Positions 27,643-37,937 of a stretch of 64,000 nt of DNA are shown here, piece by piece. Numbering within the stretch: position 1 is the first letter of the stretch; each line of letters starts with the position of its first letter. This stretch comes from a virus, in IMG/VR virus record IMGVR_UViG_3300034284_002638, positions 37,674-101,673 of that record; one strand, given 5' to 3'. Below the pieces are notes generated by a model. The model was given only the letters and a program-made list of their open reading frames with translations. It ran no database searches and had not been told where the DNA came from. The position numbers and the translations under genes were made by a program.

Positions 27643-27792
27643 TTATTCCTCCTCTACATCCGTGAAAGATACCGTTATTTCGCTTGCGTCTTCGGGATAT
27701 AAGTCCTTAGCCCTAGACTCGGCCTCAAAAAGCGATTCGGATATTATGTAACCCTTGTCCTCTTGTCCCAAATACACGCCATATGTCTTCAT
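27643..27792 (-). CDS. 49-aa acidic hypothetical protein
   Basis: MKTYGVYLGQEDKGYIISESLFEAESRAKDLYPEDASEITVSFTDVEEE; ATGA-coupled; below the track cutoff. Confidence 0.55.
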   Translation of the reverse strand: MKTYGVYLGQEDKGYIISESLFEAESRAKDLYPEDASEITVSFTDVEEE

Positions 27793-27968
27793 TTTTTGTT
27801 ATTCCTCTTTGAAACCCAATCCTTGAATTTCATCTTGATGACTTTTTCTTTCTCTTGAGGACAAGAGTCCGACATGGCTCCCCATACTTGAAAGTTTGGG
27901 TTTTTTCTGTCCTTGCAAGAAACTATTCCGAAATTTCCTGTCATTTCATTGATCATTTTTATGCTCAT
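27789..27968 (-). CDS. 59-aa hypothetical protein ending MKFKDWVSKRNNKK
   Basis: Fills the gap between co-directional genes; below the track cutoff. Confidence 0.55.
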   Translation of the reverse strand: MSIKMINEMTGNFGIVSCKDRKNPNFQVWGAMSDSCPQEKEKVIKMKFKDWVSKRNNKK

Positions 27969-27973
27969 CCGTA

Positions 27974-28774
27974 TCAGTAAGTACTAAATGCAGCGGCTAT
28001 AGCTTCCGCTATTTCATTTTGATGCTGGGATGGTGCAAAGTATTCCTCCCACTCCGAAGGCTGAGGATACCAAACATGTCCCTTTGCAGGAGATTGAACA
28101 TCATGGCCGAAACTCTTGATCATTCCAGTTGACGGATCATAACTCATATCGATCATGAATTGTTCCACCCTCGCGGATCCGGGAGCCTCAACTCCTTGCC
28201 CCCGGGGTTCAAAAAATATCAAATAGTTTTGCTTATTCTTTATTTCTTTTACTCCTCTGAAAACAAATATTTCTGGAATTATATCTTTTCTTCGGCATAA
28301 GTTAGATATTTTTAGCGTAAGTGAATCTAACTTTTCGTAATCATTTGAAGGCGACTCAGTGTCTCCATTACTTGCTTTTTTTATATGCTCAAACAATTCT
28401 GCGGCAAAAGACTCGTCAAATTTTTTATTAGAATGCATTAAGTCCTTGTAGGGTATTATTTTTTTGCACACCCACACGCTTTCTCCCTTCAAATTCGTCT
28501 GGAGCCTTCTCACTATGCTTTTAAAGGATCCTAGAGGACTTATGACCATCTGCATGGCTCCGGGCTCCCTGCCCCACTGAACTTGGTCCGGGTAGTCGGA
28601 AAAAGCCTTCCTTCCTCCAATTTCGTTAAGGAGCATGGTCTCTATCAATACTTCCGGATTGATAGGTATTATCGGACTTTCGTCCACGATTCTCGCAGGC
28701 ACGACACGTTCTTTTTCAAACCCGAATATGTCCCTACCTTCTTTCAAATCCATCCATTTTTTAAATGTTTTCAT
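27974..28774 (-). CDS. Hypothetical protein with capsid-targeting-like N-terminus (MKTFKKWMDLKE)
   Basis: N-terminal motif; TATATA 6 nt upstream. Confidence 0.75.
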   Translation of the reverse strand: MKTFKKWMDLKEGRDIFGFEKERVVPARIVDESPIIPINPEVLIETMLLNEIGGRKAFSDYPDQVQWGREPGAMQMVISPLGSFKSIVRRLQTNLKGESVWVCKKIIPYKDLMHSNKKFDESFAAELFEHIKKASNGDTESPSNDYEKLDSLTLKISNLCRRKDIIPEIFVFRGVKEIKNKQNYLIFFEPRGQGVEAPGSARVEQFMIDMSYDPSTGMIKSFGHDVQSPAKGHVWYPQPSEWEEYFAPSQHQNEIAEAIAAAFSTY

Positions 28775-28803
28775 GCCAGATATATAGGTTCGAGGATGGC
28801 ATT

Positions 28804-29265
28804 ATGATTCCTAATTTCAAGAGGTGGGTGGTCGACAAGTATCCCGAAACATTAAAGGAGGGATCTAATCCTGGTTCTAAGACGGGCCTGTACGCTTTGA
28901 GTTATGGAGGAATTGGCCTATACCCGCCCGCTTGGTACCTAACTAGAAGCGCCGACGCCATCTTTTATCTTTCTATAGATGAACGGATATACAAGGGAGA
29001 CGACGCCGGAAGTTTCGACATCAGCAAGATCCCAGGATCCACGCCACAAAATTTAAATTCTGGGGAGGGCGGAGTTTGGAGCATATCCCATCTTGAAGGA
29101 CGCCCCACCCACGCCACCCAGAAAAATTATGCAGCCAGGAACGGAGAGAGAGGTCCTTGGGACATAACCCACATCAAGGGCAAGTCCACATGCCAGAAGA
29201 ATAACGATTTCGTTCCAGATCCTGGAGATGGCGGAATGTGGAAAATAAGCCACCTTCCATCTTAA
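28804..29265 (+). CDS. Hypothetical protein with four internal G[D/E]xGxWxISH repeats
   Basis: N-terminal NFKRWVVD; repeats visible in the translation. Confidence 0.7.
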   Translation: MIPNFKRWVVDKYPETLKEGSNPGSKTGLYALSYGGIGLYPPAWYLTRSADAIFYLSIDERIYKGDDAGSFDISKIPGSTPQNLNSGEGGVWSISHLEGRPTHATQKNYAARNGERGPWDITHIKGKSTCQKNNDFVPDPGDGGMWKISHLPS

Positions 29266-29957
29266 GCGAAGTTCATAGACTTAAGTTTCTGCCTTACCAT
29301 TTCAAATTGATTGAACTTTTCTTCCTTGGATATCGCGCAATTGGCGTGGTGTAGAAATATAGGAGCGTCTATGACTCCTATGGTCATGTTCCATATCTCC
29401 TTAGGAAACCTTTTCCACAACAACTTTTCATTGTTCTTGTATTCTACAATATTGTCTTGCATTCCCGATATATTATCATAAAGAACCTTGTTCATCACCA
29501 TCTGATCCCACTGACCTTCGCCCAGCGATATTTCATAAACCTCTTTCCAAAAATTCCTCACCCTATCGTTGTTCTTCATGGCCATGAATCCCATGTTCAC
29601 CATTCCGTTCAGATACTCCATCTGCGAAACTAGATCCACTTCTTTTTGAATAATATCGTTGCCTATTTTCACCCACTGCCTTGCCAAGAATTCTTGCATG
29701 ACCACAGAGAAGCATGGCTTGTAGAAAACTATGTCCACATCTGCCATGATGAATATTTCGTTCTCAGCGGAACACTCAAAAGCCCTCCAGAGTAAGTTCT
29801 TCCTCATATGATCGCCCGCCGATCCGCCCGCCATGGCGTTCTTTATCTCAAAATTTTCTATCTTGGATGGCATCAATTCCCATCTATCCTTCATGGAATT
29901 GATGAAATTGTCGTGCATGTCCTTGAAGTCTTCATTGTAACTATAGAAAATTTTCAT
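29262..29957 (-). CDS. Nucleotide-diphospho-sugar transferase (GT-A)
   Basis: MADVDIVF (DxD), NMGFM, WDQMVMN, LHHAN. Confidence 0.75.
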   Translation of the reverse strand: MKIFYSYNEDFKDMHDNFINSMKDRWELMPSKIENFEIKNAMAGGSAGDHMRKNLLWRAFECSAENEIFIMADVDIVFYKPCFSVVMQEFLARQWVKIGNDIIQKEVDLVSQMEYLNGMVNMGFMAMKNNDRVRNFWKEVYEISLGEGQWDQMVMNKVLYDNISGMQDNIVEYKNNEKLLWKRFPKEIWNMTIGVIDAPIFLHHANCAISKEEKFNQFEMVRQKLKSMNFA

Positions 29958-31351
29958 TCAATTATGGTCACATCGTGACCTTCCTTCTGCAATATTTTTA
30001 TTCTCTTCTTGCTGTGCTCAAGAAGATATTCGTTATTGTGAAATACAAAATCGTAATAGTTCAACACTTCCTTGTCGTCTGCCGTTCTTAGTCCTCTTCC
30101 TACCCTTTGTATTATGTGGTGATCGGCTTGTCCTCCGGCAGCATTGATTACATTGTGAGTCATGACATTGATTCCTGCGGTCATTATTTGTTGTGTAGCT
30201 AGAGCCGTTACTTTTTCTTTTGAGGTCTTGAGTTTGTCTATTACCATTTTTCTTGTCTCCAAGTCGTCCTTACCTTGAACCCACAATGCCCCAGGAATCA
30301 GAGAGGCCAAGGCGTCTCCTTGGGCTATTCTTTCAACAAGAATCAAGGTTCTCCCCTCAAGTTTCTCTGCCAATTCCTTTATCATCTCATGCAGGTGCCA
30401 GTTTTCAGCGATACCTCTCGTGACAGCATCCATGTACACCTCATATCTCAAGTCGGGCTCTCTCACCGGCATGAAAGTACATTTGGACTTAGAAAGAGTT
30501 CCTCGCTCTTGGAGATGGCTGGTCGTCAATGCTCCACCGACGCTCTTTGACTTGAGGGCTGGACCGAAATATCCCTTCACCAACCATTTTTGGCATTGGT
30601 CTTTCCCCCCGAACTTGAACGGCGTCGCACTCACCGCGGCACGGACGCTGCAGCTCTTGAGCTTGTTGAAGTACTTCTTGGGCTGCTTGCTCATGTTTTC
30701 ATGTATTTCGTCTACTATCAAAACGCGGATCTTGTCGAGCAGAGGCTCCATCTTGTGCAAGCTTTGCACGGTCGAGCATGTTATTATGTTTGGACTGGCG
30801 TGCTTTCCATAAAGCCTTCCCACATTATCGAATCCGTATTTGACTATTTCCTCGTAATTTTGCTCCACAAGGCTCTTCTTGTTGGCGAGGACCAAAGCAG
30901 GGCAGTTTTTGGGCATGGCCTTGAGTATCGCAAGCATTATCAGAGTCTTGCCGGCCCCGGTCGGAGCACATATCACGCCCCTCTTGTGCTTGATCAGCGA
31001 GTTCGTCAAGTCCACTTGGTAGTCGTACAAAGTCATTCCGCCGCCCAAGAAATTTTCATCTATCTCGTTGGCGACAAAGTTAAACTCGCCTCTCTCATCC
31101 ATGATCTTGTATTCCTCGCCTATGTGGGCGAGGGCGGCCTTGACCTCGGGAAGAAGCCCCGTGAGGAACCTACCCGTCTTCTTGCTGAAGAACTCGGTGT
31201 ATCCGTCCCACAACTTTTGCTTGTAGAGCCTGCTATGGAAATACCCCCTCTCCCTGAACCTCATGTTTTCATGGAGTACGCTCAGGACCTCGGGCTTTTC
31301 ACAATATAGCCACGAGTAGCAGTTTTGAATTCTTAGTATCGTTTCCTTCAT
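29954..31351 (-). CDS. uvsW: UvsW-like SF2 helicase
   Basis: KLWDGY, YDYQ, APTGAGKT, DEIH, SATP, QRVGRGLR, YYDF. Confidence 0.88.
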   Translation of the reverse strand: MKETILRIQNCYSWLYCEKPEVLSVLHENMRFRERGYFHSRLYKQKLWDGYTEFFSKKTGRFLTGLLPEVKAALAHIGEEYKIMDERGEFNFVANEIDENFLGGGMTLYDYQVDLTNSLIKHKRGVICAPTGAGKTLIMLAILKAMPKNCPALVLANKKSLVEQNYEEIVKYGFDNVGRLYGKHASPNIITCSTVQSLHKMEPLLDKIRVLIVDEIHENMSKQPKKYFNKLKSCSVRAAVSATPFKFGGKDQCQKWLVKGYFGPALKSKSVGGALTTSHLQERGTLSKSKCTFMPVREPDLRYEVYMDAVTRGIAENWHLHEMIKELAEKLEGRTLILVERIAQGDALASLIPGALWVQGKDDLETRKMVIDKLKTSKEKVTALATQQIMTAGINVMTHNVINAAGGQADHHIIQRVGRGLRTADDKEVLNYYDFVFHNNEYLLEHSKKRIKILQKEGHDVTIIE

Positions 31352-31380
31352 AATTGTTGACTATAGCACAAAATCCCCAA

Positions 31381-32196
31381 TCATGGAACAGATCCAAGCA
31401 GTTCCTTCCATCCGGGGCTGTGTACGCATGTCGCTTTTACGAGCGTCGATCCGCTGGAGTTGAACCACGGCTCATACATGAATTTCTTTTCCTGCCTTAT
31501 GACTCTTGGATCATGGCTCATATTGAGTTGGCAAATTCCGTTTCTGCAAATATCGGGAGTTTTGTACTCGGGGTACATGTCCGCCAAAATAATGGAGAGA
31601 ACCAGTTCGTCGTTGGAGCCTCTTCTTCCGTAGAAGTTTTTTATTTTGTGTGTCCATTTTTTAAAGGCATCGCATATTAATTCAATCTTTTCACAACTGA
31701 TCACTATCAATCCGCCATTGACATTCTTCCACTCTTTAAAGCCATTTTCTTTTGCGAATTCCTCGTGTCTTTGAAAGGTTTGTCCTTGCCACGACCACCC
31801 TCTATTGATCCTGCTACTTACCTCCTCGTTTTCGGTGACTATGGACTGGCACCAAGCAGAGTAGAAGTCAGACTGATATATGCTCTCGTCAAAGTGCATT
31901 TTGTCAACGCACTCGCAGTCGCTGTCCAAGTATATTAGTTTTTTGAAGTCTTTGAGTATGTCTTTCATGCTCAAGAGCGATCCAAGCTTGAACGAGTACG
32001 ATTGACCCTCCAAGCAGAAATCATTTATATCTCTGTCTAGCAGAACATGGATGTCACATAAGTTCGGCTTATTCGGAGACAAGCATGCGGTCACCGCCTC
32101 CTCGTTGAAATTCTTTATCGTCCTGAACAAGTTGGAAGCCATCCGCTCAAAGACAGAGCCTTGAGCCACGGTGAATATCAATGTGTCGCTTTTCAT
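31381..32196 (-). CDS. GT8-like glycosyltransferase
   Basis: KLIYLDSDC, NVNGGLI, NDELVL; likely start MKSDTL. Confidence 0.7.
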   Translation of the reverse strand: MKSDTLIFTVAQGSVFERMASNLFRTIKNFNEEAVTACLSPNKPNLCDIHVLLDRDINDFCLEGQSYSFKLGSLLSMKDILKDFKKLIYLDSDCECVDKMHFDESIYQSDFYSAWCQSIVTENEEVSSRINRGWSWQGQTFQRHEEFAKENGFKEWKNVNGGLIVISCEKIELICDAFKKWTHKIKNFYGRRGSNDELVLSIILADMYPEYKTPDICRNGICQLNMSHDPRVIRQEKKFMYEPWFNSSGSTLVKATCVHSPGWKELLGSVP

Positions 32197-33332
32197 TTGT
32201 TTTTTTGCAGCACGATCATGACGCTGTCGTATGTTCCTTTGTTTCTCCTCTGATCTATCACTTCGGCATTTAAGAACTTCCAATGCGAACCCCAGGACTC
32301 AAAATTTTGAATGTCTTCTATGACATACATTCCGCCGTTTTTCAACAAAGGCCATAAATTCCAAAGGGTTTTGAGTTGCGAGTATGGATGATGATCGGCG
32401 TCATCGACTATTATGTCAAACTGCTTCCAACGAAGAAGATCGCAGACCTCGATCTTTTGAGTGTCCGCACGAATTATTTTGGTTTTTTGCAAATCTATCG
32501 AGGGTAGTGAATTCAGGTAGGTTCCGTCATCAACCCCATATATTTCCGCTTTGGTGAACCACTCCCTCCACATCAATATGGAACTTCCCCTGAAGACCCC
32601 AAGTTCTAGAAATGATATTTCCTTGTGCCTATAGTTTTCAAACAATCGTTCGTAAACTTCGCAATAATTGTGTCTTGAGTGCTTGTCGGTCCCGAATCGT
32701 ACGGCGAGCCTTGCCAATTCGCCCGAGCCCGGATCTTCTTTTATTCTGTTATAGAAGCACAAATTCCTCTGCTCTAGCCACGGTTTAACTTTTGGGCTGG
32801 ATATCATTCTGCACACAAAATGACCATCCCCTCCATAGGTCAAAGGATAGTCTATGCCTTCGCACGCAGTCTTGTTGAAGATGTACATGGCCGCATCAAC
32901 TACGCCCACCCTTATATCCTCCAACTTTCTTGGAGAGTACCTGTTGAGCTGCCAGAAGCAGAACAAGTTGCAGTCTGGATGTTCCGCAAGCATTATTTTG
33001 AAACTATTCACGAACCCTGGGAAGAGTTCGTTGTCGTCGTCCACTTGATAAATCCAACCTTTTTCCGTTGATTTTATCAATGTGTCTTTTCCATGATTTC
33101 CGCCCGAAGCCTTGTTGGCCTCGTGCTTCAAGAAAGAGAAACTTATCCATTCTGATCTGCTGACAAGGAAGTCTTCCACTTCCTTGTTTAAAATTCCATC
33201 TTCTCTATTGAAATCAAATATTATCCTCCAGAAATAACCGCCTTCCCACTCTGATTTTTGCCTCTCTATTTCTAGAGCCACCTTGGGAATATTTTCCGGA
33301 CGAGCAGATACAGTAATAAATGTCAGTTCCAT
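32193..33332 (-). CDS. Fusion of GT2-like glycosyltransferase and class I SAM O-methyltransferase
   Basis: N-half WIYQVDDDN, GGDG; C-half GTDK...HNY, LELGVFRGSS, FDIIVDDADH, GGMYVIEDI. Confidence 0.8.
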   Translation of the reverse strand: MELTFITVSARPENIPKVALEIERQKSEWEGGYFWRIIFDFNREDGILNKEVEDFLVSRSEWISFSFLKHEANKASGGNHGKDTLIKSTEKGWIYQVDDDNELFPGFVNSFKIMLAEHPDCNLFCFWQLNRYSPRKLEDIRVGVVDAAMYIFNKTACEGIDYPLTYGGDGHFVCRMISSPKVKPWLEQRNLCFYNRIKEDPGSGELARLAVRFGTDKHSRHNYCEVYERLFENYRHKEISFLELGVFRGSSILMWREWFTKAEIYGVDDGTYLNSLPSIDLQKTKIIRADTQKIEVCDLLRWKQFDIIVDDADHHPYSQLKTLWNLWPLLKNGGMYVIEDIQNFESWGSHWKFLNAEVIDQRRNKGTYDSVMIVLQKNK

Positions 33333-33333
33333 T

Positions 33334-33543
33334 CTATAACACCCAACGCCACAGAAAATTAAGAATGGTACATACGCCAGAAAGGAAACACACACAATAA
33401 AACGCAACCAACAAGCATCCGGTCACAACAAACTGAGCCTTTATTTCTTCCTTTTTTGCCTTGTTTTTGGCATACAGAATGTAGGCCAGCGAAGTTGTGA
33501 ACAACACTGACGAGATAATCAAGTAAAAATTGTAAATATCCAT
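33334..33543 (-). CDS. Small two-TM membrane protein
   Basis: Two hydrophobic segments; GAGGT Shine-Dalgarno. Confidence 0.6.
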   Translation of the reverse strand: MDIYNFYLIISSVLFTTSLAYILYAKNKAKKEEIKAQFVVTGCLLVAFYCVCFLSGVCTILNFLWRWVL

Positions 33544-33570
33544 TTTGCACCTCAAATTCTATATATTAGC

Positions 33571-34173
33571 ATGATCGGCTTCAGAGAGTGGCTCGGAAAT
33601 ACCGTCGGAACGGAAAATGTTGACAGCAGCAAGATTGAATCCTTGTACAACAAGGCCAAATATGCTGTCAAACTAGTCCAATTATATGACAGTAAGACAA
33701 ATCAGAAATTGCTTACCAATATAAGTACCATAGCCAACTTGAACATGTCCGGAGTTTATGGACTCTACAATTCGGCTGAAAACAAAGATGTGATAGGGCC
33801 GGCCGCTTCCAAGACTAAATTTTTGTTTGGAAAACAAACATACAATCAGTACAAAAATAATTTGTCAAATTTGCCTCCTGCCGTCGTCAATCAATACAAG
33901 CCCGACTTGGATCCCGGAAATTTGGTTCCTTCTGATGTGATACATGTTAATGTTCGGGAAATAGTATCCAGATTTGGAGATACAAAAGAAGCGATCATAG
34001 AGATAGCGGGAACAATAGTTCACGAATGCACCCACCAAATAGAATTCAGAACAAAAGGTAAGACAAGTGAGGCGGGACCCGTAAGAGCCAAAGAAGCGTT
34101 TAAAGTTTGGGCCGACCCTGCCGGCCCAAACTGGAAAACCATAATTTCCGCGATTCCTCAGCTTAATTTTTAG
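33571..34173 (+). CDS. HEXXH zincin-motif protein with capsid-targeting-like N-terminus
   Basis: MIGFREWL; TIVHECTHQIE; TATATA 5 nt upstream. Confidence 0.65.
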   Translation: MIGFREWLGNTVGTENVDSSKIESLYNKAKYAVKLVQLYDSKTNQKLLTNISTIANLNMSGVYGLYNSAENKDVIGPAASKTKFLFGKQTYNQYKNNLSNLPPAVVNQYKPDLDPGNLVPSDVIHVNVREIVSRFGDTKEAIIEIAGTIVHECTHQIEFRTKGKTSEAGPVRAKEAFKVWADPAGPNWKTIISAIPQLNF

Positions 34174-34349
34174 TCTTTGAGAACGACATAAATGCCGTGT
34201 ATCAGTCCCGCCAGATATAGGCCAAAAATGGTCAGAGCCAGGTTCACGCAAAAATGAAGGCCGAATCCCTTTTTCAAAGCCACGCCCAGAGGGGGCACAA
34301 AAATCGTCACCAAAAGAGTTGCGATATCCCTATTGTCCATATTCTCCAT
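34170..34349 (-). CDS. YqaE/Pmp3 (UPF0057) membrane proteolipid
   Basis: IFVPPLGVAL...NLALTIFG...GLIHGIYVV; GGAGG Shine-Dalgarno. Confidence 0.85.
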   Translation of the reverse strand: MENMDNRDIATLLVTIFVPPLGVALKKGFGLHFCVNLALTIFGLYLAGLIHGIYVVLKD

Positions 34350-34407
34350 GAGAACCTCCTTGTTGAAATCATCCACAATTATCTATTGGAAGCCTATATA
34401 AAATCTG

Positions 34408-34776
34408 ATGAAGACTTTTCACCAATTTCTTATATCTGAGGCCACCCCTCCCGCTCCCCCTCCATCTAAATCCGGCGGAGGACCGGCGTCTGCCCCGCCT
34501 CCGCCGTCAGGCCCCCCAGGAGCCCCTCCGGGGCTCGGAGGCCCGCCTGGAGGACTTGGAGGCGGCATGGGCGGAGGCCCGCCTCCGGGTCTTGGAGGCC
34601 CGCCGGGAGGGCCATCTTTCAGCCCGGGAATGGGCGGCCCAGGAGACGGCCAACCGCAAGGCCAAAGCCAATCCGCAATCGTCAAAAGAATTGGATCCCA
34701 TGATGTATGGACTTTTCTAAAGAATTCCTTGAAGAATAAGGCATCTGGACAGAGATCCAAAAATTCATTAGAATAA
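34408..34776 (+). CDS. Pro/Gly-rich low-complexity protein with MKTFHQFLISEA leader
   Basis: Leader closely resembles the T4 capsid-targeting sequence; TATATA 7 nt upstream. Confidence 0.7.
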   Translation: MKTFHQFLISEATPPAPPPSKSGGGPASAPPPPSGPPGAPPGLGGPPGGLGGGMGGGPPPGLGGPPGGPSFSPGMGGPGDGQPQGQSQSAIVKRIGSHDVWTFLKNSLKNKASGQRSKNSLE

Positions 34777-34797
34777 AAATCCCTATTGTGGATTTTT

Positions 34798-35889
34798 ATG
34801 CAAATATTAGTATTCAGCGACCTGCACATCCATCCCCACAAAAGATCCACGGAGAGGCTGAATCACTGCCTCGAGGTCTTGGACTGGGCATTTGGGACAG
34901 CCACGCAACGAAAAATCAAAAACATCGTGTTTTTGGGCGACCTATTTCATGACCGCCAGAAGATAGACGTCCTCACCTACCAGAGAACTTTTGAGATATT
35001 TGAAAAGCATCTTTGCTCCAACGAACTAAACATAAGTCTTCTTTTGGGAAACCACGACTTGTGGCATTATGAAAAACTCGATGTATCCAGCGTGAATCCA
35101 CTCAGGAATCTGCCTGGCGTTCGTATCATCAACAAGCCTTGTGTGGAAAAGATTTCCGACGAGTCAGAAGATTTCTTTTTTGGGTTTTTGCCATACACGC
35201 ACAATCCAATACAAGATTTAAAGTCCATAGAACAAGAATGGGACGAAAAGGTCTCCAAAAAACAGAAGAAGGTTTTAGGAGGCCACATATCTGTTGATGG
35301 AGCGGTTTGGAATGTCAGATACAACACCATGTCCGAGGTAACCATAGAGCATGATGGAGACATGGTGAAGGTAGGTCCCAACATATTCAAAAAATGGGAC
35401 AAGGTTTTTCTCGGCCACTATCACGCCGAGCAAAAACTCAATGACAATGTAGAGTATGTCGGATCCCCACTGCAGCTGAGTTTTGGAGAAGCCTTCCAGA
35501 ACAAGCACATTTTGGTGTTCGACACGGATTCCGGAAAATCGGAATACATAGAAAACAATTTTAGTCCAAAGCATTACATTTTGAATCAAGCTCAACTGGA
35601 GGAGTACAACCTTGAAGGACAGTTCGTTCGCCTTGAGGTAGAGGACATAGCGAGCCGCGAAATGAGCGAAATAAGACAGAAACTTGTTGAGTCCTCAAAA
35701 GTTTCTTCTTTGGAAATCAAACAAGCTCAAAAAAAAGAAGACCATGTCGTGAAGGATGCAAAGGCGATCCTTTACAAGGAAGAGGAGATGCTTGAGAGGT
35801 ATGTAGATCAAGCCAATGTGGAAAATCTTGATAAGTCAATCCTAATCAAGATTGGTACTGACATTTGCCAACAGAGCGCAGCAGAATGA
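34798..35889 (+). CDS. Mre11/SbcD nuclease (T4 gp47-like)
   Basis: SDLH, LGDLFH, GNHD, GGH, GHYH, GSPLQLSFGE. Confidence 0.92.
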   Translation: MQILVFSDLHIHPHKRSTERLNHCLEVLDWAFGTATQRKIKNIVFLGDLFHDRQKIDVLTYQRTFEIFEKHLCSNELNISLLLGNHDLWHYEKLDVSSVNPLRNLPGVRIINKPCVEKISDESEDFFFGFLPYTHNPIQDLKSIEQEWDEKVSKKQKKVLGGHISVDGAVWNVRYNTMSEVTIEHDGDMVKVGPNIFKKWDKVFLGHYHAEQKLNDNVEYVGSPLQLSFGEAFQNKHILVFDTDSGKSEYIENNFSPKHYILNQAQLEEYNLEGQFVRLEVEDIASREMSEIRQKLVESSKVSSLEIKQAQKKEDHVVKDAKAILYKEEEMLERYVDQANVENLDKSILIKIGTDICQQSAAE

Positions 35890-37889
35890 AAAGCCTAGAC
35901 ATTAAGTACATATACGCTCAGAACTTTCTTTGCTTCGGATCAGATGCATTCGAGATGGATCTGAAGAAGTACGGCAACATAGTCCTGGTCACAGGCAGCA
36001 ACTTTGATGTCGTAGACAGTGAATCCAAGACGGCAAGCAACGGAGTTGGAAAAAGCAGCATACCCGAGGTAATAGTTTACACTCTTTTTGGAAAGACAAT
36101 AAAGCACCCCAAGAAGATAAACCACAAGGATGTCATAAACAATCAAATTGGAAAGGCCTTAAAGACCGAAGTAAGGTGGGGCGATTTTAGGGTGGTCAGA
36201 ACGAGGAAGCCAGATTCTTTGAGGCTTTGGGAAAGTTCCAAGGGCATTTGGGACGACACCACGGAGATAACCCTCGGCGGCCAACCGGCAACTCAGAAAT
36301 TGCTTGAAGAAAAACTCGGTCTCAATTACGAGACATTTGTCAATGTAGTCGTCTTTACGGACAATAATGCCGGAAGTTTTCTGGAGTGCGATGCGTCCAA
36401 CAAAAGAGAGATAGTAGAAAACCTTCTCTCTTTGGACAAATATAAAGCCTTCGCCGAACGAGCGAAAAATTTGAAGAAGGAAAGGAAGGATTCCATAAAA
36501 ATCCTTCAAAGCGAATATGACAACATCCGACAACAACTCGATCAGGCAAAACAGAAGATAAAAGCGGCAAGGGATCAAGAGTCCTCTTGGCGGTCAAAGC
36601 AAGAACAGGAGCTAGAGACGCTTCGCTCCAAAATAAAGCTGCTTAAAAAGCAGTTGGAGTCAACCTCGGAAGGAGCGGGGCTCATCAGGTACCAGGAAGC
36701 CCAGGACAAAATAGAAGTTCTGAATTCGGAAATACCGGAAATTGAGAAAAAGCAAGTCAAAATTCAAGAGATAATAGACATCGCCCAGGAAAAGCTAAAT
36801 TCCTTGAAGCAAAAGCAAGGCGAAGTCCATGTTGCTATAAAAGGCTTGGATCTTTCAATCAAGAACATAAGCCTGCAGATTTCCGAAAGCAAAAAGGAAA
36901 TAGCCCGCCTTGAAAACAACGAGGGGGCGACATGTAAGTTCTGCCTTGGCACCGTATCCAAGGAGAACTACAAGAAGTATACCGATCAGATGATCAAAAA
37001 GGTGAACGAACTTGAAAGTGAATTGCGCGACGAAACCGAGAAGAAGACCTCCGCATCCGATAGGCTAGAGGCACTCGAAGTCAAAGAAAAAACAATATCT
37101 TCCGGCATATCCTCCGCGAAGAAAAACATGCTAGAGTTCTCTTCAAACTTGTCGCAAAAGAGAAGGGAACTTTCCGAACTTAATAAGATAGAAAAGCCTC
37201 AAAACAAGAACATATCCGACCAATTAATAGAACAGCAAATTCAAAACATATCCGAGCAGATAGAAGGCAAAAAGAAGGAAATTGAATCTCCGACCCCTTT
37301 TGAGAGCATCATAAATTCTCTTTCCGAAGATATAGATTCCAAGAATAAGGAATTTGATGCAAAAAATAAGGAACTAGAAGATTTGGAGGGCGAACTTCCT
37401 TATTATGAATTCTGGGCCACTGCATTTGGAGACTCCGGAATCAGGAAGTTCATAATAGATGGAATAATACCGGCTCTTAATTCCAAGGTCGCGTACTGGC
37501 TCCAGTTCCTAATAGATGGGAAGATAAGTTTAGAATTTAATAACGAATTGGAAGAGAGGATAGAAAGAAATCCTTCTGATGGAGACCCGTTCGTTTATTA
37601 TGCAATGAGCGGCGGCGAGAGAAGAAGATTGAACTTGGCGGTCTCGCAAGCCTTCGCCCATGTTATGATGCTGAGCTCCGGAATGGCCCCCAGCCTAGTT
37701 TTTCTAGATGAGGTCACAACTAATATTGACCAGATAGGTGTGGTTGGGGTATATAATATGATCTTGGAATTGGCGAAGGATCGGCAAGTCTTCATAACCA
37801 CCCATGACCAAAATCTATTGGACATGCTAGAAGGGTGCGAGTCGATAAGGCTGGAAAAAAGAAAAGGCTTCACCAGTCTAAAAAAGTAA
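35886..37889 (+). CDS. Rad50/SbcC ATPase (T4 gp46-like)
   Basis: NGVGKSS, CKFC zinc hook, MSGGERRR, LDE, ITTH; long coiled coil. Confidence 0.93.
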   Translation: MKSLDIKYIYAQNFLCFGSDAFEMDLKKYGNIVLVTGSNFDVVDSESKTASNGVGKSSIPEVIVYTLFGKTIKHPKKINHKDVINNQIGKALKTEVRWGDFRVVRTRKPDSLRLWESSKGIWDDTTEITLGGQPATQKLLEEKLGLNYETFVNVVVFTDNNAGSFLECDASNKREIVENLLSLDKYKAFAERAKNLKKERKDSIKILQSEYDNIRQQLDQAKQKIKAARDQESSWRSKQEQELETLRSKIKLLKKQLESTSEGAGLIRYQEAQDKIEVLNSEIPEIEKKQVKIQEIIDIAQEKLNSLKQKQGEVHVAIKGLDLSIKNISLQISESKKEIARLENNEGATCKFCLGTVSKENYKKYTDQMIKKVNELESELRDETEKKTSASDRLEALEVKEKTISSGISSAKKNMLEFSSNLSQKRRELSELNKIEKPQNKNISDQLIEQQIQNISEQIEGKKKEIESPTPFESIINSLSEDIDSKNKEFDAKNKELEDLEGELPYYEFWATAFGDSGIRKFIIDGIIPALNSKVAYWLQFLIDGKISLEFNNELEERIERNPSDGDPFVYYAMSGGERRRLNLAVSQAFAHVMMLSSGMAPSLVFLDEVTTNIDQIGVVGVYNMILELAKDRQVFITTHDQNLLDMLEGCESIRLEKRKGFTSLKK

Positions 37890-37937
37890 TTTAATACGCT
37901 TACATACCCTCGCATCAAACAAAAAGCAGGAGTTTTT

